Shown: positions 12,701 through 21,200 of the stretch, in pieces
Numbering within the stretch: the stretch's first letter is position 1
Layout of the letters: each line of letters begins with the position of its first letter
IMG/VR virus record: IMGVR_UViG_3300025133_005699
Location: 41,811 to 105,810 of that record
DNA length: 64,000 bases
Source of the DNA: a virus
Reading direction: 5' to 3' (one strand)
Translations under genes and position numbers: made by a program
Notes under the pieces: model-generated
What the model was told of the DNA's origin: nothing
The model's database searches: none
What the model saw: the letters and a program-made list of their open reading frames with translations, nothing else

Positions 12701-13012
12701 ATGATGCCTAACACACAAACTATTGAGGTAAACCCCACCATACTAAGAGAGGCTCAACCTCTACATATAATTTCTTATGTTCAAAGCTCTGGAAATAAGA
12801 ATCTGGTTGTATGGAGAGAAGGTGTTGGTGGAGGAACAGAGGCAGAGGCAGATACTAGCCTAACGCTAACCAGTATTACATCAGCATCGGGCGTAAATGT
12901 GTATATGTCAGGGGGATATATATCTACAAACACAGCAAGTCTTACACTTCCAGAGGTTTACACGACACCTAGTGGAGATCCAGATTTGTTCATAAGAGGT
13001 TATAGCGAGTAA
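3749..13012 (+). CDS. Giant (3087 aa) virion/tail protein with FG-GAP-like beta-propeller repeats and Ser-Gly-rich repeats
   Basis: FG-GAP-like blades: GFGSKIQLAGDFAFVGAP...GAVYIFK, FGYDLDYD..LSVGEP, YRFGQAIDI. Repeated xSG...PLY(I/M) units in the last third. TAATG-coupled to the tape measure gene. Confidence 0.6.
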   Translation: MATKSLHIQNDQTDDAGVYQRNRGADLFMEAPGGIQQFTNFDAKVTSYNNSGNEVKAGFFDSPYRYREVFRTYGNATNMPFEYENGQYSPSDIKILDDIAIVAYKEHSQSVYTVNQELEGGHVIIKVTYEKTGEKVEAFRSVDLNSGLVIPDLGTAARNLTEFTGSNEIPGTNAGINAGYSIQPIGDVADALGIGPTTESGSTGPCADGLVGDTWTWNMSEEEPGWTITSPGECAAAGCGSLPPAYEGGSDLETGVGRCGVDDTIVYDPFVSDDDIPKKVNEGVQGCAGPTMPADALENKDSAIFFSQVKNKKGEIIDVLQGLVVDFTHGSTPDDATLLSLKSMSNANLIWVDECSADYVTYYYKVPVPLSGYYYQYGQKTQCGRVDIFERRSGTITAVDGNKITVTGPTGDGEFDIHLLNDYDRIKIVSGVNETKKDHPHPINGIKYVKRLPDLYNSETEKYDIPVDNQYYIYDDENLTMETETSSLRGTDGLLWAFQPDDPNSRTAMPWSTAGSNKGAVGVWRYKQTLFSPHGLNGDGVISRGTTPYINAMGIAPISDYGGGYDGAMEDDIERVSDIRNAMHLMAWGYRFGQAIDIIKQPGTDYYWLAISELGNIANADSGMTYFGEIQTVTGMSPVVNVPTYDEEGKINGYIKRGIGLQAAIDFGLDPTTKGLATIFINHETGKYDQSIDWNNIGNYSYGGFEDDIKSAKKGITTTIVSPFGYQSVPPLSKGYGKVWLYKVSMNSADSAIQAIETPEEINAGTRNGHVSSTSVFTRRLMDVFATVGGLYWFRAWISNLKAGLTGSPKHFKTHRSNVNTGSFGTTASDQIHYNFGYPERWAPSWIDGDEDEYGNPGGFDSGTGADLPDGGMMGGMGMGGDGMGGDGMGGDGMGGDGGDGVEPVSRSAGTNLLFVKSQKFVAELITYQEEFSKTWGDSDGGVDLFREWVIPYYRTNESPFHPYQTSMNAMTNGFKFADGFGFNICMKVDDITDGNKPIIAIANTVFPYLPSISRTADAALQSMQQELDRLKRRGYEDANTQSFIDRHTKTNEFITDFLSDGSGEAIDLASMARNGSIFIHNCNQPVNTQELDYTLRVSRMDAIPEDPRLGWLNKKYQGNYFYEYNYWYSDPPSMMFRDGSLLVGTDEGRIKVFKEESLSTHRYKAKRMQNYPTQHSRFITIGGVDYLLPENKAAGGFAGGMDTGQSIMDGDMGGDMGGGMGGGMGDNSYIPDTPVEGSGYKYFTDEEKKHMKKGFWANNGMLGDSGTSEGDVDYLDTWVWNAGPGGYDYMIDSGVTGWASLQSLLDAGHGRESYAPAGFVPMITEDDKPADYVSVYRNYSHYYINPTSDVLTTPIMPVGERFMHTATISKDRHPAYTLENQKDPRVLPKDERNILLGQPFGYLFRCDNGLLVTHGASYTNEFDIEGKSLAHRLYLYEVNKDGFFDFFQKITPATSNMANGLIPTNGIQNKYNRDGNTTRYRTLDIPKESVPNYVNIFPEGSITFEEKIEESRTIAYLMKNMYDVLSGMVVLMTPYGNAVFSDSGASKSYDFISDHRSSQVSPYFSFTEEFNAKNPYNLNNMYSYREGLGIDYPANIYDVNDEHSGLCAFYNIETSSSQYNSIRILKSVIFTIDVEENTTLKGADDSDIAQVLPILTFYKDDPRKTITQTAVADAMGGGTKLPYGPNSVYNPNSPHSPLYADGLQDSAALIKYPTYRRTSVAGDQGWRATVVIDGPTLSALSAHGSLIKNSNDNKTILYNDGNGYTDGSYSQTFDDVNKASFDSRAQVESTLVVGLMSHNTQTSDFDGIYRTKWVAGDENKGTWGQELNYIPYSKPFDISSNVHSFINKAKISSVKLAYNDYDLGDIRRFRCASFRENQHSPSVFFTRLEGNDAPTKFAQPGTEGFLRMGRSKTPALFDIEGTVLGGTNSESIQIVQSASYDFWGEWAVNYVADYVSHSSDIQKPEFLSLSIYSAPQSSKSFNMSTSGHVVSSGLAPTYIGGVASHSDSMPLKIGSTPAVNYLGLSLPVPLGFRCGGTSLFTPTAFGNTIVSGMSAQFPGGTGVNKGVALSVGMPYSSGGMRLAMGQPHLGSGNMNVAMSGVYGSYNSIPCIEGNLYLNATHVDNANIPLNLGRLSDSGNMPLYMRTPDPASGVMNLTINTEPFNSNNASYPSGLHLHQKGFAEKTANTSLYIGEQASAGSAPLFLMQPHRLPFIDPQSPPTFEGDDTMQIPNLYVSGAAVPTANSLDDNFHHQKQIVRENSQLDYSSNAESIISYNSSNSLSRNAFIPNGSHDYGVKRISKVGSSLESYNGLGTTSFYNNEMSRQAIDSNGTYLAVGTNSSLVSNMPPLQIFNILDESSVKLAYTYTEFKEDLVDLSISNASEVMFYYKDVKISPENKIAVSVRAQFNEYISDMIFILEEKAFDRLSTTKNAFDECAIKPQKRLNVTIESFKRWKITSAFTSSSWKKTTSVDKILNRVMGESISWKGEDLYYGKQSTRFANIYARYESDDYATENKAFGFNQTRDAAGYNSNINNIPAGTKTGFGSKIQLAGDFAFVGAPLLDPYIANNNLSAVNAASPDGAVYIFKYDSGWSYVDAIYSGGLISSAIAGVDSCAYDAKLFGYDLDYDSKSGYLSVGEPMSNTVYQFNINAAGTPSLLNSYSSTDSKFGTFVNSVSAGLITNTKSKIQDVVYSQDFEFSTEEIESEIQQYVPGINVINSVSHEIVSVQKATLIGEEKLLVTRDFEVNYGAGRIKKIQKISLLDLRDINGTLYISGPSPVSDSLNLSVLIPSGGATGDLGITFGSIGTGVAMPLHLTNYIGSGEAPLYMRAPLQHPQTLYMSADFTPATSESSLVTAGPLYASNASDLSIEGKTARDLSSSVFVLGGREGGGGMAQMGVNMRIAQVDLYPTSGQQDVLITGIGHGTGNITGSPSLWLGAGDYGPASGTTFMRMEAPPSAEVSASKGLAIITDPASGVAENTATLMMPNTQTIEVNPTILREAQPLHIISYVQSSGNKNLVVWREGVGGGTEAEADTSLTLTSITSASGVNVYMSGGYISTNTASLTLPEVYTTPSGDPDLFIRGYSE
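6380..6439 (+). repeat. Perfect tandem repeat 4 x GGTATGGGCGGTGAC encoding (GMGGD)4
   Basis: Four exact 15-bp units read directly from the sequence. Confidence 0.95.
7373..7429 (+). repeat. Imperfect 12-bp tandem repeat encoding MDGD-MGGD-MGGG-MGGG-MGD
   Basis: atggacggcgat atgggcggtgat atgggcggcggc atgggcggcggc atgggcgac. Confidence 0.85.
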
Positions 13013-13023
13013 GGAGTTAATTT

Positions 13024-14499
13024 ATGGCAGTTACATTTAATCCAGTTGGGGGAGACTCAATCACAATCGGCGGTACAGCCGCTACGGGGCCTTTCCCTAA
13101 ATATTCAGTTTCTACCGAAAGGGTAGAGGCGTCGGACGGCACCCTTATAGATATGACATACAGCATATCTGTAACTGGTCAGATTATAGCTAGTGGAGAC
13201 ATGGTAGATGCTGGTGCCAGACAGGATAGTTTACATGAAGCAATGATAGCTAAACTAGTAGCTATGGAAAATGATATTCCTGTTGGAACTCTGGAAATAG
13301 TTGCCTATGGTGGGCGCGCAAATGTTTTGAATTTTAATGACGCAACACTCACAAGTATAAGCTTTGGTGAACAAGATGACGACACCGCCGGAACTCAAGT
13401 TGGGGATTATACTTTTGAGTTTACCGCCCATAAAAGAAGTTCTACTAAAACTGGTAGTTCGTACAGTCTAGCCAGTGCAGAAGAGAGTTGGGATATATCT
13501 GAGAACGCTGAGCGATATTACGCAAGTAATGATTTCACCAACCTTCCTAGCAAGACTTATACTATAACCCACACAGTAAGTGCTGCCGGATATAACAAAG
13601 TTACAGATACTACGTTTAATGATTCTGGATGGGCTCAAGCTAAAGACTGGGTTCTCAGTAGGTTGGTTACTACTCCCGCAACAACTATCACACAAAGTGT
13701 TGCAGGACAAGACAGGTTCACGGATTTTCAGGGAATCTACATGGGCGAAAGCTCTAGCGACTTTATTGACCTAAGCACCGATAGCGCATACAACCATAGT
13801 CGAGTGGCGCAGTCAGACCTTCCCGGCGGCTCATATTCTGTTACAGAAACATGGTACATATCTAAACTCGCGGTCACGCATGATTTTGATATGTCGTTAG
13901 ATACGGGAGAAGATGGAGTAACCAATATTACAGTTAATGGTAGCATACAGGGGCTTAACACATCTTCTTTTGCTACAAGATCTGAAGATAAAATTACACA
14001 GGCGGAGGGCGTTCTTGATAATTGTTTAACTCAGGCTTATGGGTTAGCAAATACCTTTTATCAAGCAACTATTACGTCTGCTACACCTCTTAGTACCTCA
14101 GAAATGTCTAAAAGTGTATCTAAAAATAGAACAACTGGTGTTATAACCTATAGTTTAAGCTATAATGATAATGAGTTAGAGTCAGATGATACAATAACTG
14201 AAAGTCTTCAAATTTCAGACGATAACGAAGATCGGTCAAACAATGTTGTTGCCATAATACAAATTATAGGTAAAACTGATGGCCCTATTTTTCAGAATAT
14301 GGGAACAACCACTGAAAGGAAAAGGAGTGCAAGCTTGGAATGGACAATGAAAAGAGCTAATAGGAGCAGTAAGCCCTCTGCGGATGCTCTCGCTGCTGTT
14401 AATGCGTATAAACCTACAGGAGCGTATCAGCTGAGTAAGTCAGAAAGTTGGACACCCTCAACTGGCGGATATTCTTTATCAATAGAATGGACATATTAG
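13024..14499 (+). CDS. Putative tail structural protein (491 aa)
   Basis: Strong SD (AAGGAG) upstream. Thr/Ser-rich, beta-strand-like sequence within the tail module. Confidence 0.55.
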   Translation: MAVTFNPVGGDSITIGGTAATGPFPKYSVSTERVEASDGTLIDMTYSISVTGQIIASGDMVDAGARQDSLHEAMIAKLVAMENDIPVGTLEIVAYGGRANVLNFNDATLTSISFGEQDDDTAGTQVGDYTFEFTAHKRSSTKTGSSYSLASAEESWDISENAERYYASNDFTNLPSKTYTITHTVSAAGYNKVTDTTFNDSGWAQAKDWVLSRLVTTPATTITQSVAGQDRFTDFQGIYMGESSSDFIDLSTDSAYNHSRVAQSDLPGGSYSVTETWYISKLAVTHDFDMSLDTGEDGVTNITVNGSIQGLNTSSFATRSEDKITQAEGVLDNCLTQAYGLANTFYQATITSATPLSTSEMSKSVSKNRTTGVITYSLSYNDNELESDDTITESLQISDDNEDRSNNVVAIIQIIGKTDGPIFQNMGTTTERKRSASLEWTMKRANRSSKPSADALAAVNAYKPTGAYQLSKSESWTPSTGGYSLSIEWTY

Positions 14500-14500
14500 C

Positions 14501-17500
14501 ATGGTACAATTAACAGAGCCTTTAAAAATGTTCGGCGTATACGTCGAATCTTTTACGTCGTCGGTTGGATATGGCGCGGAATCCAGCACTATGCAGATGA
14601 CCCTCGTAGAAGATCCAGACGATAACATTACAATAAAGCACTCTCTTGATGGTGGAGCTACATTTGTAGATGGGTTTCCAGAGGTTGGCACAGTGTGCCA
14701 GTTTGCTTTTGAGGGGTTTGAGTTTGTAGGTATATTCCAGAGGTATAACTATTCTGAGTCTACTGGTGGTAGAAAGTATGACGTAACTTTTGAGTCTCCA
14801 TCTAAAATTCTTGATGGCGTACAGGTTATATTGAGTGGGTTTGAGGGTACTGGATTTTGGGATAAACCATTTTACCCTTCTACTGATTGGAATTTCACTA
14901 GCCAACTTAACAATGTTTATAACCCCTTTGGTATTAAAGAAAACTACACTTGGGGAGGAACGTTTGGCTATTCTGATTATAACTCAGCTGGCTTTCCTGT
15001 CGTAGACGACCCAAACCAAACAGGGTTGGCGGCTAAGGGTCTCCTCACCATGATAGAGGAGATATCTCAGTCTAAGTATACTTACGACAATCCAAACGGA
15101 GCCGCGATACATACTTCAGTTAACTCTAGCGGTGAAGAGCTGATAGGTGGGCCCATATGTTATGGCGACAGTAAATTTGTCATAGACTTTGGAAATCTAA
15201 AAACTATTGTGCCGGATTTCTTCAGGCTAAAGGGGCCCACCAAAAGTATAAATGCTATACTTCAAGAGTGCTGTGAATTGATTGTTCATGATTATGTTAC
15301 GATCATAGACCCTGTATATACTCAGGTACAAACAGGGTATAGCGTTGCCCGCCCCACTAGCTTTGCTCCCGGTGTTCCGCAGGGTCAATACAAAAAGGTT
15401 ATTAGAAATGGAGTAGTTCCAATTCAATATGATGTAAATGGTAACGTCACAGGGCCGGTAATATCATTTAAGTACTTAGATAAGTCTGAGCAGCCCAGAC
15501 CGGGCGTTGTCGCAGACCTTGTTGCGGCGGCAAAACAAAACGATACTCTTATTTCTGCTAATAATGGTCAGGAATATGCTGATGTCGTTACACAAAAAAT
15601 GATTATTGGAGATCAAGCTACTCGCGTATGGGAAGCGGGTATGGAATATCTTATTCCCGTATATGGAAAAGATCTTAACGGTAACTGGCTAGTAGGAACG
15701 GGGTTTGGCGATCAAGATTTCGCTCCAGTGGCGCTCGGTAATGGTGGAGTGTATCAGGCTCGTATTCAGGAGTTTAGGTCTGCAATGTCGGGATTTGAGC
15801 AGTGGCAATTATATCATGAGCTAGGGGGATTTTATGGGTATAGCAATGTGGGCAACCCTCTTTACGGTTCAATAGCTATGGGTACTTCGGCAGCTATGAG
15901 CGCCTTTCTCCAAAACACGATGCCGGGTGGCGCTGTCTTACCCGGCTTTAATGGAGATTGGCATAGAAGGATGTTAATGGATGGGAGGGGGGCAGCTTCA
16001 GAAGGCGCGGGTCGCGGTCAGCAAAAAGAGATATTTGACGCGGTTTTAAATGCGGCTACAAACTATTGGGGTAAGACATACTTTGTATTGCTCCCCGTAG
16101 AGCCGGGCGGCTATGATAACAATATTAGATATAAGAATGCATTTGAAACAGAAGCAGCTTGGGAAATAACTGATGCTGGCTGGGACCCTGATTTTCGTGT
16201 TAAAGACATAAGTATGTATAATGATGAGGGCGCACTAAAAGCTTGCGCCGGATATTATCCCTCTATTTCATCAGGCAGAACAAGTGCAGCCAAGATGAAA
16301 GATTTTGGGAATATAGAAAAAACTGTACCTTATACACTTCCCGGATCTACCACACTAGTAGGGTCAGAGATAAAGGTTGATAAGCAGATCTACTGGATGA
16401 ATAATCCATACCATCAGAATAATAATAATCCATATGATGATGTAAGTGCTATGGTACATATAGAGTGCCCACAAGTATGGGAATTTGACCCTAATGCAAG
16501 CGAAAAGGCTGCTTTAGATTCCACGATGGGGCTCGGGGCATTCTCGGCTGCATTCCTGCACACTCCCGGGTGGGGGGGAAGTATCGATGTAGAGGGTGAG
16601 CAATACTGGCTGGAGGTGGAAAATCCGGATACTGGCAATAAGACAACGGAATACTACAACACATCTAGCTATTCATCATTTGAAAACGAGATGATGGCAA
16701 TGAGATATTCGCCAAGGGTTGTTAGGCCTTTTAAGGTTTCAATTCCTCAAAAGAGCAATCGCTATAGCTGGGGTCCTTGGTATAGGTTTAGCACTAAAAT
16801 AGGTAAGGCTGAGGTAGAACAAAACAGTCAGTTAAAACCTGAAACATTTGGAAGTAGAGCGCTTTTAGATAAAGCCGGTGCGGCTTTAACTTATGCTGGA
16901 ACTGCTGATTTATATGCTTCTGAGTCTGGGTCTGTTGATTTAGCTGAATTCCCACAATACAACATTGCAGATAGGTTTGACACAAACGGCCCATATATTA
17001 CAAAGATGGATGTCTCCGTTGGTACGGGTGGGATTACTACAAAATATCAGTTCTCTACATGGACTAGGAATTTTGGTAAGATAGCTAAGTATAATATTGA
17101 CCGAATAGCGAAGATAAACAAAGATAAAATTAAGGCCCAGAAAGAGGGAACTGTCGCTCGGTTTAGCACTAATCAAAAGAGCTCTGTAAATGCATTACAG
17201 CAGCATGCCAATGTCCTTAATCCCATAGATACAAACTTCATGAGTGGACTTCAGGTTCCTGCTCTTCCCGCTGGCGGCGCTAACTCCAATTCGCTTGGGT
17301 CAACTGTTATGTCTATGTCTACAAAAAATGCGGCGTCTTTACATTTTTCTTCTGGTCGAGGTGTTAGCTTTCACGGCAAGAATGCGCCCAGTTATAATTT
17401 TAGCTTTGGATGTACTCCCGAGCAGCTATGGTCTCCGGTCGGTATAAGAAAAGCACCCACCGAGGGAAAAGATCCGCAAGGCAATCCAGACATTCTACCT

Positions 17501-18286
17501 TACATTTGGGAGCCGACTAAGGGGGAAAATATAGATGAAGATGCCGATACGTCTGGTGGAGCAGATCATTTTTATAACCAGCACGTATCTCCTACTTCCA
17601 GAGATTTAGACCCATATGCTTTGAGTAGGGATGATCCAAATATGCCTGCGAGAATGAAAGAATTCGTTAAGCTTGATTTTGGGGCAGTTCTGATGGATGA
17701 CTTTAATTGGCTAATTGGTAAGAGTCCCCTTACGGGCGAAACAAACAACATGCATCTATCTTTCAATGGTAATACTGTTCCTAGCGATGTTGACGAGGTA
17801 AGAACATTTGGCTTGCGTGGCCCACTACTGCTGTCTGGTTGGGGTTATGACGTTATGGGGCATCCTGTTCCCGGAAAGGCAGATGGTAATTTTGAACCAC
17901 TTAATCCCGCAGAAAATAGAGCGAGCTGGAAAACCGGCCCTGTTGATTTAAAATGGGACGATGAGCGTCAGGTTTGGGCTGGCGGACTTCAGTTTGTAGA
18001 GGGGATTCTCGAAACCAAGATTGAACCAGCTGAAGATGCTATTGATACGCCAGACACTACGGGCACAATGAAAGTATATAGGCGTACCAATAAGGTCGCA
18101 GGGATGGAATGGAGCGAGGAAGACGAACATGGAGAATATGGAATTATAACCCTTACAAACCGTGACCCCTCTTTGTCTGTTGATCCCGGCGCCGCTGACT
18201 ATGATATATATGTAATGGCGGTGAGGATTAATCAAGAGTGGCGAGTAGTTTATGTAAGTTGTGACAACAAAAGCACAGGAGCATAA
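14501..18286 (+). CDS. Putative tail tip/baseplate hub protein (1261 aa)
   Basis: Position in tail module. Hub-like segment ITKMDVSVGTGGITTKYQFSTW and C-terminal GPVDLKWD motif. Confidence 0.5.
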   Translation: MVQLTEPLKMFGVYVESFTSSVGYGAESSTMQMTLVEDPDDNITIKHSLDGGATFVDGFPEVGTVCQFAFEGFEFVGIFQRYNYSESTGGRKYDVTFESPSKILDGVQVILSGFEGTGFWDKPFYPSTDWNFTSQLNNVYNPFGIKENYTWGGTFGYSDYNSAGFPVVDDPNQTGLAAKGLLTMIEEISQSKYTYDNPNGAAIHTSVNSSGEELIGGPICYGDSKFVIDFGNLKTIVPDFFRLKGPTKSINAILQECCELIVHDYVTIIDPVYTQVQTGYSVARPTSFAPGVPQGQYKKVIRNGVVPIQYDVNGNVTGPVISFKYLDKSEQPRPGVVADLVAAAKQNDTLISANNGQEYADVVTQKMIIGDQATRVWEAGMEYLIPVYGKDLNGNWLVGTGFGDQDFAPVALGNGGVYQARIQEFRSAMSGFEQWQLYHELGGFYGYSNVGNPLYGSIAMGTSAAMSAFLQNTMPGGAVLPGFNGDWHRRMLMDGRGAASEGAGRGQQKEIFDAVLNAATNYWGKTYFVLLPVEPGGYDNNIRYKNAFETEAAWEITDAGWDPDFRVKDISMYNDEGALKACAGYYPSISSGRTSAAKMKDFGNIEKTVPYTLPGSTTLVGSEIKVDKQIYWMNNPYHQNNNNPYDDVSAMVHIECPQVWEFDPNASEKAALDSTMGLGAFSAAFLHTPGWGGSIDVEGEQYWLEVENPDTGNKTTEYYNTSSYSSFENEMMAMRYSPRVVRPFKVSIPQKSNRYSWGPWYRFSTKIGKAEVEQNSQLKPETFGSRALLDKAGAALTYAGTADLYASESGSVDLAEFPQYNIADRFDTNGPYITKMDVSVGTGGITTKYQFSTWTRNFGKIAKYNIDRIAKINKDKIKAQKEGTVARFSTNQKSSVNALQQHANVLNPIDTNFMSGLQVPALPAGGANSNSLGSTVMSMSTKNAASLHFSSGRGVSFHGKNAPSYNFSFGCTPEQLWSPVGIRKAPTEGKDPQGNPDILPYIWEPTKGENIDEDADTSGGADHFYNQHVSPTSRDLDPYALSRDDPNMPARMKEFVKLDFGAVLMDDFNWLIGKSPLTGETNNMHLSFNGNTVPSDVDEVRTFGLRGPLLLSGWGYDVMGHPVPGKADGNFEPLNPAENRASWKTGPVDLKWDDERQVWAGGLQFVEGILETKIEPAEDAIDTPDTTGTMKVYRRTNKVAGMEWSEEDEHGEYGIITLTNRDPSLSVDPGAADYDIYVMAVRINQEWRVVYVSCDNKSTGA

Positions 18287-18288
18287 CT

Positions 18289-21200
18289 ATGGGTAGGCCA
18301 GCGTGCAGCTCTTGTTGTAAAGTAATAGAAATCCTCCCTACGAGGAGCGGGTGTCGTGACCAATACTATAAAGTATATTATAAGTTAGGGGGTGGCGGAT
18401 GGAAGACGTCCGATGAATATGATGACCACTTGCAAAATAATGAGCTTAAGTTAGGCGACAAAATAGGTGCTGCTTGGCGTTCCACCCGCAATAAATCCCC
18501 AGCGACAGCCACAGTCACCATAACTGATGTTGCTGAGCTTGCTATCGGAGACAAAGTGACTCTGCGGGCAACAGATGCCCCAGCTACGGATATTGATTTT
18601 AGCGTAGCCTTGGCCGGACCTAATACTTGGGCTGTTGCCTTAACAAACGCCGCCACGGCAACTAGCTTGGCAGCAGCGATTGACGACCACCCCGATTTTA
18701 GCGCTTCGGCAGTCGGTGAGGTTGTAACGATCACGCAGGAAACCAAGGGGCTGGCAGGAAACACCCCCGTGACGTTAACAGATGCCGGAATTGCTGGCAT
18801 GACCTCGACAGATTTCGTTGATGGCAGCGATAGTAAAGCCCACAGATTCCCCTTCGATTGGAGTGGTCGCCGTTGGGACGGATCGATGGGCTACAACGCC
18901 GTTTTTCCATATACCATTACCAACATAGTGGCGACGGGACCAAATGGTGAACCTACTAAGATTGAACTTACACCTCTACCTTGGGGTGGCTATCCGGCAG
19001 TCGGTAGCCCCTTCGTGATCGACGTAACAGAAACAAGCACCTATGAACTAAGAAAAGAGGACGGCATTGTCGTGTGGAATAAGAAGGGTTTTAAAGGTCT
19101 AACAGCAATAAAGTATGTCCTTACCAAGTCTGATTATGGTGAATACCTTTTGGGCAAAACAGAAGATTGGCCCGCAGTCAGCTGTTGGACTTTCGGTCAG
19201 GACTTTTATAATCCAAACGATACAGATGCTGAGATAATGGATAATTTCAAATCTGGGGATCAAGACGTTGGCTGGCATCTACCAGCCCGTTGGACCGCTA
19301 CGATTGGCGATGCTAATGGGCAAAATATAGTAGTTACTAAACAGATTTCTGGGAACATCTCGCGCGCAAGTTTCGAAAGAAAGCCAAGCCCAGATCATAT
19401 ACCACCAACCGTGTTGATGAATGTTGACTGTAGGGATAATCTAGGGGTCGATCAATCTGGTCGCATAGACTGTCTGCCCTCAGAGAAAGATGCTTTTGGT
19501 CAATGCCCGACTGTTAAGCCGGTTCTTGCTTGGAAAGATTGGTTAATCAACAACGGCTATCTAAAGCCCGGCACTTACGGGGGAGTTGTAGATTCAGGTA
19601 AACCTAGTAATTTCTCAGTTCAGGTTACAGATTATTTTGTAGAACATACTACAAAAATAACCCACAATGGAAAAATAATATCTGACACCGTTACAGAGAC
19701 GCTCTATAAGACCGAGCGGAGGCTATTTAATTTTGGAGTTGATACCTACGCGGGAACTTGCACCAGCTTCCGAATGGGTATGAAGATATCAGGCCAAGGG
19801 GGGGCCGTTTCAAGTACATTGTGGGGCACCAACATGGACGAGTATACTTCGCTAAGTTACTGTCTTACGTATCCATTTTTTAGCCATGAACACGGTACAT
19901 ATTATTTCCGCAACGGTGTGGATGTCGATTTCACCCCACCTCCAGACGGAACAATAGAGGATACGGATGGAATAGAATTTTATCATGCAGATAAAAAATT
20001 GTTTAACAAAATAAGTGTAGAGTCTACAGAGTTTAGGGTGTTCAACCCATACTCGAATGCAGGCCCTGAGGGGGTGGGGAGAGTGGTAACAGGTAGCGAG
20101 CTTGAGGACTATACTACCATTGATCCACGTTTTAAACCCCAAAACCCATATCCGTACTATGGAGGTATACAGGCCGCAGAACATGGGGACAGTCTTAACA
20201 CTTGGCAAACGTGGTATGTAACTCCGCCGAGCGCTATATATACTGACAACAAGCTGAGCCTTTCGAGAGAAGAGCCTCAAAGTATAGTGGCGGAGGATCA
20301 ATCTCTAGATAAGATAGTGGAACTCCCAGTGGGTTGGCCTAGAGTTGATGGAAAGCTCGGTCAGTCAGTTGAAACATTTGAAAAATATATGCTCTCGAAC
20401 CCCAGAAAACACGAAGAAGGCGGCCCATATATTGATATTATTTTTGTGTCATTCAGAACGAAGAGGGGTGCTGATGAATCTGGGATAGATATTGAAGAAG
20501 GTATGGAAGTATATCATCCTGTGGGAGATGATGATAAATATACCATTAAACAAATATTAGAACAGGGGCCAAATCTTAAGCCTACCAAAGTCAGGATTAG
20601 TAGTGGTAGGATCATGAATGATAAGGTTGTTGATGTATCAGAGATTGAGCTATTAGAAGACGTACTTCAATACACTATGTGTGAACGTACATATAAATTA
20701 CAGTTGGTATACCTCAAAGCTTTGAGCACAAAAGAGGGTAAAGATTATTATAATCCATTTAAATATAGGGTTACGCGGATTGATCTTATTAATCCGGACA
20801 TTGATATAGATCGTGTAGGGAGTGAGATTTCCGGGAGCCCACAGATGGTAGATATTGAGGTGGGCGTTAAGGTTTTATATCCTATTGGGCAGTTTGACGC
20901 GAATGGTGATGCGATAGTTCCCGATGAATACACTATTGACGAAATAGTGGAGCCTGCGCCAGACTCTGAAAACGCTGGAGACGAACCCACTAAGGTTAGG
21001 CTTAGCAACCCATTAGCCGGTGCTGATGGAGATGTGGTTGACGTGTCAGAGATTGAGCTGATAAACCCAAATGAAAACCCGACCTATATAAAGATGACGA
21101 ATAACTGGACGCTTGATGTGTGGGATAGTCGAGCCGATTGGCTTGAAAGGGCCTACGGTTTTGATGTTTTTGGAGAAAGTTATTATTTGAGCCTAACCGA

